Shown here piece by piece: positions 28,864 through 38,154 of a stretch of 64,000 nt of DNA. Positions within the stretch are counted from its first letter, which is position 1. Each line of letters starts with the position of its first letter. The position numbers and the translations under genes are program-made. The DNA is from an uncultured Lachnospiraceae bacterium (GTDB taxonomy: Bacteria; Bacillota; Clostridia; Lachnospirales; Lachnospiraceae): assembly GCA_934330725.1 (NCBI GenBank), contig CAKRGM010000001.1:119398-183397 (forward strand), read 5' to 3'. The notes beneath the pieces are model-generated. The model was not told the DNA's origin. It made no database searches and saw only the letters and a program-made list of their open reading frames with translations.

Positions 28864-31506
28864 GTGCAGTACAGAGGCGTTAATGAGTTAAGAAGAATGT
28901 TTCTCGACTTTTTTGAGAGCAAAGGTCATTTAAAAATGAAGAGTTTTTCATTGGTTCCACACAATGATAACAGTTTATTATTAATAAATTCAGGAATGGC
29001 ACCTTTAAAGCCATATTTTACAGGACAGGAGATTCCACCAAGAAGAAGGGTTACAACATGTCAGAAGTGTATCAGAACAGGTGATATTGAAAATGTTGGT
29101 AAGACAGCAAGACATGGTACATTTTTTGAAATGTTAGGTAACTTCTCATTTGGTGATTACTTTAAAACAGAAGCAATACACTGGTCATGGGAATTTCTTA
29201 CTGAGGTAGTAGGATTAGACCCTGACAGACTTTACCCGTCAATATATTTAGATGATGATGAAGCATTTGATATCTGGAATAAAGAAATTGGTATCGCTCC
29301 TGAAAGAATTTTCCGTTTTGGAAAAGAAGACAACTTCTGGGAACATGGCGCAGGTCCATGTGGTCCATGTTCAGAAATCTACTATGACCGTGGCGAAAAG
29401 TACGGATGTGGTAAGCCGGGATGTACAGTAGGATGCGAATGTGACAGATATATGGAAATCTGGAACAACGTATTTTCACAGTTTAATAATGATGGTAAAG
29501 GTAACTATTCTGACCTTATCCAGAAGAATATTGATACAGGTATGGGTCTTGAAAGACTTGCAGTTGTAGTACAGGATGTCGATTCAATCTTTGACGTAGA
29601 TACATTACAGTCATTAAGAAATGAAGTCTGCAGAATGGCAGGAGTTAAATACCTGGAAGATGAAAAAACAGATGTTTCTATCCGTGTAATCACAGACCAT
29701 ATCCGTTCAGTTACATTTATGGTAAGTGATGGAATCATGCCATCTAACGAAGGAAGAGGATATGTTTTAAGAAGACTTTTAAGAAGAGCTGCAAGACATG
29801 GAAGACTTCTTGGAATTGAAGGAAAGTTTTTAACAGAACTTTGTAATACAGTAATCGAAGGCTCAAAGGATGGTTATCCTGAACTTGAGGAAAAGAAAGA
29901 ATTTATATTCAATGTAATATCACAGGAAGAAGATAAGTTTGATAAGACAATAGATCAGGGACTTTCAATCTTAAACCAGATGACGGATGATGTTGAAAAA
30001 TCAGGAAAGAACGTTTTATCAGGAGAAGATGCATTTAAACTCTATGATACATACGGATTCCCGCTTGACCTTACAAAGGAGATTCTTGAGGAAAAGAACA
30101 TTACTGTTGATGAAGATGGCTTTAATGCTGCGATGAAGGAGCAGAAAGAAAAGGCAAGAGGCGCACGTAAGACAACAAACTATATGGGTGCTGATGCAAC
30201 TGTTTACGATGAACTTGATCCGGCTATTAAGAGCACATTTACAGGATATACATCTCTTACGGATGAATCTGTTATTTCAGCTCTTACAACAGAAACAGAA
30301 GTAGTACAGGCTGTAACAGAAGGCGAGAAGGCTACAATTATTACTGATAAGACTCCATTTTATGCAACAATGGGTGGTCAGGAAGGTGATAAGGGTATTA
30401 TCACTTCAGCTGAAGGTGAATTTAAGGTAGAGACAGCTATCCATCTTAAAGGTGAAAAAATCGGACATGTTGGTGTTGTTACAAAAGGAATGTTCAAGGC
30501 TGGCGATAAGGTAGAACTTAAAGTTGATGCGGCAAACAGAACAGATACAGGAAAGAACCACAGTGCAACACACCTTTTACAGAAAGCGTTAAAGACTGTA
30601 CTTGGCAACCATGTTGAACAGCAGGGTTCATATGTAGATGCTGACAGATTAAGATTTGACTTTACTCATTTTAAGGCTATGACAGATGAAGAAATTGCAA
30701 AGGTAGAAGCTTTGGTAAATGAAAAGATTGCAGAAAATCTTGAAGTAAAGACAGATATAATGAGCCTTGAACATGCGAAGAAGACAGGAGCCATGGCTTT
30801 ATTTGGTGAAAAGTATGGTGACAGTGTGCGAGTTGTATCAATGGGAGACTTCTCTAAAGAATTATGTGGTGGTACACACGTTCCAAATACAGGCGTTATA
30901 TCATTATTCAAGATTGTTTCTGAATCAGGTGTTGCAGCCGGAGTAAGAAGAATCGAAGCTCTTACAGGCAAGGGCGTAATAAACTACTTTAATAAAATTG
31001 AAGATGAATTAAAACAGGCTGCAATAGCTGCAAAGACAGAACCGGCTAAGCTTGTTGCAAGAATTAATTCATTGAATGATGAAGTTAAATCACTTACGGG
31101 TGAACTTGATAAATTAAAGGCTAAACTTGCAAATGATGCATTAGGCGATGTTACAAAGGATATCAAAGAAGTTAGCGGCGTAAAGACACTTGTAACAAAG
31201 GTTGACAATGTCGATATGAACGAACTTCGTAACCTTGGAGATAAGATGAAAGACAACTATGGTGCCGGAGTAGTTCTTATCGTAAGTGCACAGGGTGCAG
31301 ACAAGGTAAATATCATTGCAATGGCAACTGATGATGCAGTAAAGAAAGGTGCTCATGCAGGTAATCTGATTAAACAGGTTGCATCAATTGTCGGCGGTGG
31401 CGGCGGCGGAAGACCAACAATGGCACAGGCCGGTGGTAAGAAACCAGAAGGAATAGATGAACTTATGAGCAAAGCGCAGGAAGTAATTGCAGAGCAGCTT
31501 GCGTAG
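28864..31506 (+). CDS. alaS: Alanine--tRNA ligase
   Basis: GTG start behind AGGAGG. 880 aa. FFESKGH, RHGTFFEMLGNFSFGDYFK, editing-domain HSATHLL and CGGTHV, C-terminal GGGGGGRP (DHHA1). Confidence 0.98.
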   Translation: MQYRGVNELRRMFLDFFESKGHLKMKSFSLVPHNDNSLLLINSGMAPLKPYFTGQEIPPRRRVTTCQKCIRTGDIENVGKTARHGTFFEMLGNFSFGDYFKTEAIHWSWEFLTEVVGLDPDRLYPSIYLDDDEAFDIWNKEIGIAPERIFRFGKEDNFWEHGAGPCGPCSEIYYDRGEKYGCGKPGCTVGCECDRYMEIWNNVFSQFNNDGKGNYSDLIQKNIDTGMGLERLAVVVQDVDSIFDVDTLQSLRNEVCRMAGVKYLEDEKTDVSIRVITDHIRSVTFMVSDGIMPSNEGRGYVLRRLLRRAARHGRLLGIEGKFLTELCNTVIEGSKDGYPELEEKKEFIFNVISQEEDKFDKTIDQGLSILNQMTDDVEKSGKNVLSGEDAFKLYDTYGFPLDLTKEILEEKNITVDEDGFNAAMKEQKEKARGARKTTNYMGADATVYDELDPAIKSTFTGYTSLTDESVISALTTETEVVQAVTEGEKATIITDKTPFYATMGGQEGDKGIITSAEGEFKVETAIHLKGEKIGHVGVVTKGMFKAGDKVELKVDAANRTDTGKNHSATHLLQKALKTVLGNHVEQQGSYVDADRLRFDFTHFKAMTDEEIAKVEALVNEKIAENLEVKTDIMSLEHAKKTGAMALFGEKYGDSVRVVSMGDFSKELCGGTHVPNTGVISLFKIVSESGVAAGVRRIEALTGKGVINYFNKIEDELKQAAIAAKTEPAKLVARINSLNDEVKSLTGELDKLKAKLANDALGDVTKDIKEVSGVKTLVTKVDNVDMNELRNLGDKMKDNYGAGVVLIVSAQGADKVNIIAMATDDAVKKGAHAGNLIKQVASIVGGGGGGRPTMAQAGGKKPEGIDELMSKAQEVIAEQLA

Positions 31507-31534
31507 AGTTATATAAAGATATATAAAAATATAT

Positions 31535-31591
31535 AAAAAAACAAACCAGTAACACTCTGTATTATTAGTCGTGTTCCTGGTTTGTTTTTTT
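31535..31591 (+). terminator. alaS terminator hairpin = left inverted-repeat arm (IR-L) of the insert
   Basis: AAAAAAACAAACCAG (31535-31549) pairs with CTGGTTTGTTTTTTT (31577-31591) around a 27-nt loop. Homologous in inverted orientation to 33202-33254 (see findings). Confidence 0.8.
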
Positions 31592-31715
31592 ATCGAGCGG
31601 TTGTTGGAGGCGGAAGGGGGAGTGGGATTTTTTTTGGGGGGAAAATATTATGAAGGGATGCCTATACTTTGTACATAGTAGAAGATTTTAAGGTAATTTA
31701 AGAATTGGCTCGTAA

Positions 31716-32395
31716 ATGAATAAAATTTTTGATATAATAAATCTATATAGCTATGAGGAGGTGACATTCATTAACGAGCCTAAAATCAGTCAATTATGTT
31801 ACAATATGAATCTTGGTTCTACAGAGCCTAAATTTGCAATCTTAGAAGATGGAACACAGGTTGTTACAAAATTATATAATGGACCAGAAGGTAATCTTGT
31901 GCTCTTTAATGAGTATATATGTTATCGCATGGCTATTTTGTTGGATATTCCTATGCCGAGATCAGGTATTTGCATTTTAGATGCTTCATCGGAAATCCAG
32001 GAAATCTTTTGGTTAGATTCTGCAAAGATGATGTTTCGCTTAAAGTCATAGACCATACACATGTTTTTATTAATCAGACTTTTTGGGATGCTAATTGCTT
32101 GAAAAGGGCAATGGAAGAAAATGATTTATTAGATACAAAGGTACTTCAGTATAATGCATACCTTTACGAAATGTTCTTTCATAATTTTTCTATTACAAAG
32201 GAAATGTTGGAAAAAGAAAGTTTGGTCTTCAAAAGCAAGATTAGTCGTGATATAATATTGGAATTTATTAGCATCATTCCAGAGGAATGGAAACCTAATC
32301 AAAAAGATTTGGATGAACTTGTAAAATATATTCTATATAGGGTTGATAACTTGGATGTGATAATATCAACAATTTTAACATACAATAGTAGATAA
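31716..32395 (+). pseudogene. HipA-like (HipA_2-type) serine/threonine kinase gene, disrupted by a frame change
   Basis: Two overlapping ORFs (31716..32051 and 31919..32395). The first frame gives an N-lobe-like segment (NEYICYRMAILLDIPMPRSGICILD). The second gives GNPGNLLV...KVIDHTHVF, resembling the catalytic and Mg-binding loops of HipA-like kinases. The frames must be joined near 31985-32000. Confidence 0.5.
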
Positions 32396-32411
32396 GGAAG
32401 GAGGAAATATT

Positions 32412-33155
32412 ATGTACCACATTGAATATGCAGCATTGAATTATTACCATTCGCCTATTTCTGATGAGTGTTTATGTATAGGTGTGTTATTTCATAATAT
32501 AACAACGGGACAATGTGATTTCAAATATATCTCCAATTTCCAGCGTTTTCACGCATTTGATGATGAGGCTGATTTAGATTTTGTTAAACTCTATTTAAGA
32601 GGTATTAAAGAAGAAATAGAGCCATCTGTTTTTAATTATAATAAGGAATTTGATATTGCTTCATATATTAGGGTATATGCAAATGAGTTTAGGTTTTCAT
32701 CTGTAAGAACGCTTTCGGTTAATGAAAATGAAAATTATGTTGATGATCTATCGAAAATATATTTGAAATATGATTTAGCAAAATCACAAAGATTGAATGG
32801 AAATGAAGAAAAGAAATTAATTCGCAGGGTACTCGAATCAAATAATCTTGAATATTCTACTCAAAAGGTAGACGGACCATATAGCGATGAAATTTCGTTT
32901 GATTATCAAGTTGGAGATGTGTGTGTTAAGTTGTTTTCATTTAAAGGAAAGAATCTGAAACGAGTTATTGGAAATGCGAGACAGTGGTCTTTTGTAGCTG
33001 ATGAGATAGGAGCACAGAAGAAAGTACTATTCATATATGATTCTGATTATGAAGATATGAGTAATCTTAATATAATCATTAAAATACTATCAAAAAATGC
33101 AGAAGTTTTGAAGTTGGATGCTGGAATGGATTATATTTTGAAGCAGTGTTCATAG
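32412..33155 (+). CDS. DUF3037-type protein (247 aa)
   Basis: Strong RBS (AAGGAGGA). The N-terminus YHIEYAALNYYHSPISDECLCIGVLFHN matches my memory of the DUF3037 signature (Y..lry.P....gE..NiGv.l). It starts 17 nt after the kinase-like gene. Confidence 0.6.
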   Translation: MYHIEYAALNYYHSPISDECLCIGVLFHNITTGQCDFKYISNFQRFHAFDDEADLDFVKLYLRGIKEEIEPSVFNYNKEFDIASYIRVYANEFRFSSVRTLSVNENENYVDDLSKIYLKYDLAKSQRLNGNEEKKLIRRVLESNNLEYSTQKVDGPYSDEISFDYQVGDVCVKLFSFKGKNLKRVIGNARQWSFVADEIGAQKKVLFIYDSDYEDMSNLNIIIKILSKNAEVLKLDAGMDYILKQCS

Positions 33156-33201
33156 ATATTAAAACCACATAAAATGTGGAGAGTGAGCCATCTGCCGATA
33201 C

Positions 33202-33254
33202 AAAAACAAACCAGGAGAGCGACTGACAAAACGGAGCACGACTGGTTTGTTTTT
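33202..33254 (+). terminator. Terminator hairpin = right inverted-repeat arm (IR-R) of the insert
   Basis: AAAAACAAACCAG (33202-33214) pairs with CTGGTTTGTTTTT (33242-33254) around a 27-nt loop. The stem is identical to the alaS terminator. Confidence 0.75.
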
Positions 33255-33290
33255 GTATAAAATATATCGTAAAATATATGCAAAAAATGG

Positions 33291-33318
33291 TTGACGAATC
33301 ATAATATTATGATATAAT
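33291..33318 (+). promoter_or_regulatory. Sigma-A promoter of rpsU
   Basis: TTGACG (33291-33296), a 16-nt spacer, then TGaTATAAT with TATAAT at 33313-33318 (extended -10). Confidence 0.7.
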
Positions 33319-33396
33319 ATCATTTGTGCAATTAATTAATACCCTATTATGTATTGTTGTGCACAATTTGCAACAGAAGGGTGGTCAGGAAATAGT

Positions 33397-33573
33397 ATGT
33401 CAAACGTTATCGTAAAAGAGAACGAGTCTTTAGATAGTGCATTACGTAGATTTAAAAGAAATTGTGCTAAGGCTGGTATTCAGCAGGAAATACGTAAAAG
33501 AGAACATTACGAAAAGCCAAGCGTAAGACGCAAGAAGAAATCTGAAGCTGCTAGAAAACGTAAATTCAACTAA
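33397..33573 (+). CDS. rpsU: 30S ribosomal protein S21
   Basis: The ATG at 33397 follows [37 protein letters not shown]... Confidence 0.95.
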   Translation: MSNVIVKENESLDSALRRFKRNCAKAGIQQEIRKREHYEKPSVRRKKKSEAARKRKFN

Positions 33574-33585
33574 TAATAATTATCG

Positions 33586-33619
33586 AAGCTGTCATTTTTT
33601 AATGACAGCTTTTTGTTTT
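33586..33619 (+). terminator. Rho-independent terminator of rpsU
   Basis: AAGCTGTCATT (33586-33596) / AATGACAGCTT (33601-33611), followed by TTTGTTTT. Confidence 0.8.
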
Positions 33620-33704
33620 ATAAATCAGCATGTAAAAAGATAGTTTTCTATGCATTTGCATATTTTTCTGTGATACGTAATATGAATATAGTAAACACTT
33701 TAAA

Positions 33705-34064
33705 ATGGGTGTGGTTGTTGTGAAAAATAAAGGTGCAGGAAATGGAGAGCCTGAAAAATATAAAAAGTTTGAAAAATCAGGGAAGATTGAAAAGGCAGCA
33801 CTGGCTGATGGATTTAAAAGCAGCTTTGCAAGGAATTTTGATGTTACAAGGGATACAATGCTTGGAATGCCAATCATTACTGCAATTGGGAACTGCCAGA
33901 TATATATAGAAAATTTTAAATCAATTATGGAGTATCGGTGCGATTTAATAAAACTTTTAACAAAACGGGGAATGGTTCTGGTGTATGGCGACTGCCTTGA
34001 AATATTATATTATGATGATGAGGAAATTTCCATAAAAGGGCGAATAAAAAAAATTGAATTCTGA
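33705..34064 (+). CDS. yqfC: Sporulation protein YqfC (YabP family)
   Basis: The C-terminal ~85 aa (LGMPIITAIGNCQIYIENFKSIMEYRCDLIKL...ISIKGRIKKIEF) are YabP/YqfC-like, and yqfD follows. The start is uncertain. Confidence 0.8.
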   Translation: MGVVVVKNKGAGNGEPEKYKKFEKSGKIEKAALADGFKSSFARNFDVTRDTMLGMPIITAIGNCQIYIENFKSIMEYRCDLIKLLTKRGMVLVYGDCLEILYYDDEEISIKGRIKKIEF

Positions 34065-34081
34065 GCAGGGGGATTTCTAAA

Positions 34082-35347
34082 ATGTGGATGCAGAGCAATT
34101 TGGCAAATACATATATGCTTGTTAAAGTGGACACGATGAATACAGGACGTTTCTTAAATTTGTGCCGTAATAATGAAATATATTTCTGGAATATATGTAA
34201 AACAGAATACGGATTTGACGCAAAAATAACCAGAACGGATTTTTTGAAAATAAAAGATATATGCAGAAGAACAAAAACCAGGGTGCGCATAATAAAGAGA
34301 AAGGGGATAAGATTTGCGTTATTTAGATATCGTAAGCATTATTCATTTCTTGCCGGCATAATGATAGCATTTATTCTTATATATGTATGCAGCCTTTTTG
34401 TGTGGGACATATCTTTTACGGGAAATGTACAGTATACTGACAGTACTCTTATAAAATATCTTAAGACCATGGGAATATATCCCGGAATAAAAGTAAGAGA
34501 TATAAACTGCGATGATATAGAAAGTTCAATCAGAAATACATATGATAATGTGACATGGGTATCTGCACAGATAAGCGGAACGCGGCTTATTATTCACTTA
34601 AAGGAGAGCGATGGTATGAAAGTGGCAGTGACAGATGCCACACAGCCCTCTGATATTATAGCGTCTGAAAGCGGAGTGGTGGAAAAAATCATAACAAGAA
34701 GTGGAATGCCAGTGGTTTCAAAGGGTGATACTGTAGAAAAAGGGCAGGTGCTGGTAACCGGAGTTGTTGAAAAAAAAGATGATTCGGGAAATGTTACCGG
34801 ACATATCTATACAAATTCCGATGCAGATATAGTTATAAATACTTCGGTAGATTATAATGATGAATTAGTAATTGAACATGATTTTAAAAGTTATACGGGG
34901 CGTGAAATTGAAAAAAATATAATTGGAATTGGAGATACAGGCTGTGAATTCGGAATATCATTTAAAGATTTTAAAGAGTATGATGTTATGACCAGTGTAA
35001 ATAATGTCTATCTTACTAAAAATTTCTGTCTTCCTGTGAGTTATGGAAAAAAGGTATATGCAGAATATGAGGTAAAGACTGCTTCGTATACACAGGAAGA
35101 GGCTTCGCAGATATTAAATGACAGGCTTAATTTATACATGAAAAAATTAATGGAAAATGGAGTGCAAATACTTGAAAATAGTGTTAAAATGGATTCAGAT
35201 GGAATAAAATATTTTTTCAGGGGTAATCTGGATGTGAATATGCCGGCATACGAATATTCCCAGATATCAACTGAAAAAATCCAGGAAATTGAGAATAGCA
35301 ATAAGACTGATAAAAATAACATGAAAGAGAGTACAGGGAGTAATTAA
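34082..35347 (+). CDS. yqfD: Stage IV sporulation protein YqfD
   Basis: 421 aa, with a central TM helix after a ~90-aa N-domain. The yqfC-yqfD-phoH-ybeY synteny is as in Bacillus and Clostridium. Confidence 0.8.
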   Translation: MWMQSNLANTYMLVKVDTMNTGRFLNLCRNNEIYFWNICKTEYGFDAKITRTDFLKIKDICRRTKTRVRIIKRKGIRFALFRYRKHYSFLAGIMIAFILIYVCSLFVWDISFTGNVQYTDSTLIKYLKTMGIYPGIKVRDINCDDIESSIRNTYDNVTWVSAQISGTRLIIHLKESDGMKVAVTDATQPSDIIASESGVVEKIITRSGMPVVSKGDTVEKGQVLVTGVVEKKDDSGNVTGHIYTNSDADIVINTSVDYNDELVIEHDFKSYTGREIEKNIIGIGDTGCEFGISFKDFKEYDVMTSVNNVYLTKNFCLPVSYGKKVYAEYEVKTASYTQEEASQILNDRLNLYMKKLMENGVQILENSVKMDSDGIKYFFRGNLDVNMPAYEYSQISTEKIQEIENSNKTDKNNMKESTGSN

Positions 35348-36381
35348 TGAGCATTATTGAGACCATAGTTGATTTGCCAGCAGAATACTGCGCTGAAGTA
35401 TTTGGACAGTTTGATGAATTTGCAAAAAAGATTGAAAGAACACTTAAGGTTACTATAATTGACAGAAATTCACAGGTGAAAGTTATTGGACCTGAGCACA
35501 ATGTTAAAAATGCAACAGGTGTACTTAACAGTTTATGTGAACTTGCCAAAAGAAACGGGCATATAACAGTCCAGAATGTTGATTATGCACTTTCACTCGC
35601 CATGGAGAATAAAGAGGATGCAATCCTTGAAGTGGATTCTGATACGATTTGCAGAACTATAACAGGAAAGCCAATTAAGCCTAAGACAATCGGACAGAAA
35701 GAGTATATTGACAGTATAAGAAATAAGATGATTGTATTTGGAATCGGTCCGGCTGGTACAGGCAAAACATATCTTGCAATGGCAATGGCTATTAATGCAT
35801 TTAAAAGTAATGAGGTTGGAAGGATAATTCTTACAAGACCGGCTATTGAGGCAGGGGAAAAACTGGGATTTCTTCCGGGAGACCTGCAAAGTAAAGTTGA
35901 CCCGTATTTAAGACCGTTATATGATGCACTTTATCAGATAATGGGAGCGGAAAGCTTTAATGCAAATATGGAAAAAGGACTTATAGAAGTTGCACCATTG
36001 GCATATATGCGAGGAAGAACTCTTGATAATGCATTCATAATACTGGATGAGGCACAGAATACTACACCCGCACAGATGAAGATGTTTCTTACAAGAATCG
36101 GATTCGGGTCAAAGGTAATCGTTACAGGTGATCTGACACAGAAAGATCTTCCAAAAGATACTACAAGTGGCCTTGATATAGCCATGAGAGTGCTTTCAAA
36201 GGTAGATGAAATATCATTTGTAAAACTTACGAACAAGGATGTTGTAAGACATCCGCTTGTCCAGAAGATAGTAAAAGCATATGAAGAATATGAAAAAAAG
36301 ACCGAAAAGCGAACTGAAAAAAGAGGGGAAAGGTCAAATGCTGCAAGAAATACAAAGAAAAGTTCACCTAAAAAACAATGA
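35347..36381 (+). CDS. phoH: PhoH-like ATPase
   Basis: GPAGTGKTYLAMA, FIILDEAQN, VVRHPLVQKIV. The start overlaps the yqfD stop. Confidence 0.92.
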   Translation: MSIIETIVDLPAEYCAEVFGQFDEFAKKIERTLKVTIIDRNSQVKVIGPEHNVKNATGVLNSLCELAKRNGHITVQNVDYALSLAMENKEDAILEVDSDTICRTITGKPIKPKTIGQKEYIDSIRNKMIVFGIGPAGTGKTYLAMAMAINAFKSNEVGRIILTRPAIEAGEKLGFLPGDLQSKVDPYLRPLYDALYQIMGAESFNANMEKGLIEVAPLAYMRGRTLDNAFIILDEAQNTTPAQMKMFLTRIGFGSKVIVTGDLTQKDLPKDTTSGLDIAMRVLSKVDEISFVKLTNKDVVRHPLVQKIVKAYEEYEKKTEKRTEKRGERSNAARNTKKSSPKKQ

Positions 36382-36476
36382 TAAACTGGTAAATAGAACA
36401 TTTGAAGTAAATATGCATAAAAATACGCAGAAAGTATGTAAATATAAAAGGACGATATAAAGGACGGTAGATATAA

Positions 36477-36986
36477 ATGACAATAAACATAGATTATGAT
36501 ACAGATATAAAGCTTGATCTTGATTATGAGGATATTATAAAGAGCGTTGTTAAGGAAGCTGTGGAATATGAAAAATGTCCTTATGAGGTAGAGGTTAGTG
36601 TAATACTTACGGATAACGACAATATCCATAACGCAAATCTGGAGTACAGAGATGTAGACAGGCCGACAGATGTTTTATCATTTCCAATGATAAATTATTA
36701 TGAACCGGCAGATTTTGAAAGCCTTAAAGAAGAACTTGAAGCAAACAGTGAAGATTATTTTAATCCTGACAGTGGAGAACTGATACTGGGGGATATTGTA
36801 ATATCAGTTGAAAAAGTCATGGAGCAGGCTGAAAGTTATGGACATACACCAAAAAGGGAACTTGCATTTCTTGTTGCACACAGCATGATGCATTTATTTG
36901 GATATGATCATATGGAAGAGAATGAGGCAAAAATAATGGAGGCAAAGCAGGAGGACGTATTAAAACTTTTAAATATTTCAAGATAG
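36477..36986 (+). CDS. ybeY: rRNA maturation endoribonuclease YbeY
   Basis: Zinc motif HSMMHLFGYDH and TDVLSFP. Confidence 0.93.
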   Translation: MTINIDYDTDIKLDLDYEDIIKSVVKEAVEYEKCPYEVEVSVILTDNDNIHNANLEYRDVDRPTDVLSFPMINYYEPADFESLKEELEANSEDYFNPDSGELILGDIVISVEKVMEQAESYGHTPKRELAFLVAHSMMHLFGYDHMEENEAKIMEAKQEDVLKLLNISR

Positions 36987-36999
36987 GGGAATGGTAATT

Positions 37000-38154
37000 A
37001 TGGCAAAACGAAAAGAAGGCCACAGAGGGGCAAAAAATAATCAGAAGACAGACGGGAAGAGGGTAAAACTAATAACAGCAGCCATAGCAGCAGTTGCAGT
37101 GGTGGCTGCTGTTATATGTTTTGTATTTGTAAAAAAAGATAATAGCAATAATAATGACAGTATACAAAATGATACGTCATTAAGTGCAGATGAGCAGGAA
37201 ACTTCTGAGGAAGAAACAGTCGTAAAAGATGAACATCCAAATGAACAAAGGAGCCGTATAACTGGTAAGTGGATTGATAAAAGTACGGCTGATAATGTTC
37301 CGGTTGCAGTAATGTTCAGCAATGTAAAAGCTGCAATGCCACAGTCATCAATATCTGAGGCGGATATTGTTTTTGAATCACTTGTAGAGGGTGGAATAAC
37401 AAGGCTGTGCTGCGTATTTGAAAATAAACCGCAGCTTGATAAGATTGGACCTGTAAGAAGCTGCCGTACATATTATTTGCTGTTTGCAAAAGAGTTTGAA
37501 GCAGGATATGTTCATTTTGGATATTCGGAATATGCAGAGCAGTATTTAAAACAGGATAAGTTCCATTCACTGGATGGTATGGTATATTGTGATTTCTACA
37601 GAACATCAGATAGAAAGGCACCGCATAATGCATATACATCGTGGTCAGGGATAATGCAAAGCTATAATGCGAAGGGCTATCCGGCGCAATATTCACAGGA
37701 TTATAATGCACCTTTTACATTTAATACTGATGACAGTAATGATATTACAATACAAAATGGTCAGGCATGTAATAAGTTTTATCCTGGATATCCATATAAT
37801 AAACCATATTTTGAATATAATGCGGCTACAAAGGAATATTTAAGATTCCAGTTTGATGGACCACAGGTTGACCAGCTTAATGGCCAGCAGCTTTCATATA
37901 AGAATATCCTTGTAAAATATGTGGAGCCTGCATATTATCCAAATGGCACACCAAATTATAAAATAAGCGGAACCGGAAAAGGGATATTCATAACAGATGG
38001 TAAGGCAGTTAATGTGACATGGAAAAAAGATTCAGAAACTGAAAGCCCTACGAAATATTACTATGAAGATGGAACAGAAGTGGTTTTAAATCAGGGAAAG
38101 ACATTTATCTGCCAGGTAGAAACATCACAGGGGGTATCAATACTTGAACAGTGA
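37000..38154 (+). CDS. DUF3048-type (YerB-like) membrane-anchored protein
   Basis: N-terminal TM helix, then PVAVMFSNVKAAMPQSSISEADIVFESLVEGGITRL, typical of DUF3048. ATG 36991 is too close to the SD, so 37000 is preferred. Confidence 0.7.
   Translation: MAKRKEGHRGAKNNQKTDGKRVKLITAAIAAVAVVAAVICFVFVKKDNSNNNDSIQNDTSLSADEQETSEEETVVKDEHPNEQRSRITGKWIDKSTADNVPVAVMFSNVKAAMPQSSISEADIVFESLVEGGITRLCCVFENKPQLDKIGPVRSCRTYYLLFAKEFEAGYVHFGYSEYAEQYLKQDKFHSLDGMVYCDFYRTSDRKAPHNAYTSWSGIMQSYNAKGYPAQYSQDYNAPFTFNTDDSNDITIQNGQACNKFYPGYPYNKPYFEYNAATKEYLRFQFDGPQVDQLNGQQLSYKNILVKYVEPAYYPNGTPNYKISGTGKGIFITDGKAVNVTWKKDSETESPTKYYYEDGTEVVLNQGKTFICQVETSQGVSILEQ

Noticed and set aside
31919-32395. ORF 31919..32395 as an independent 158-aa gene
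   Set aside because: Its first ~25 codons are the out-of-frame read of the upstream ORF's conserved N-lobe. It has no RBS, and the kinase-like motifs begin only at about 31990. It is better explained as the 3' part of one disrupted gene.
31535-33254. The insert as an active IS, transposon or invertible (inverton) switch
   Set aside because: No transposase, integrase or invertase gene lies inside or adjacent. The repeat arms are only moderately similar outside the stems, and I see no outward-facing promoter that an inversion would re-orient.
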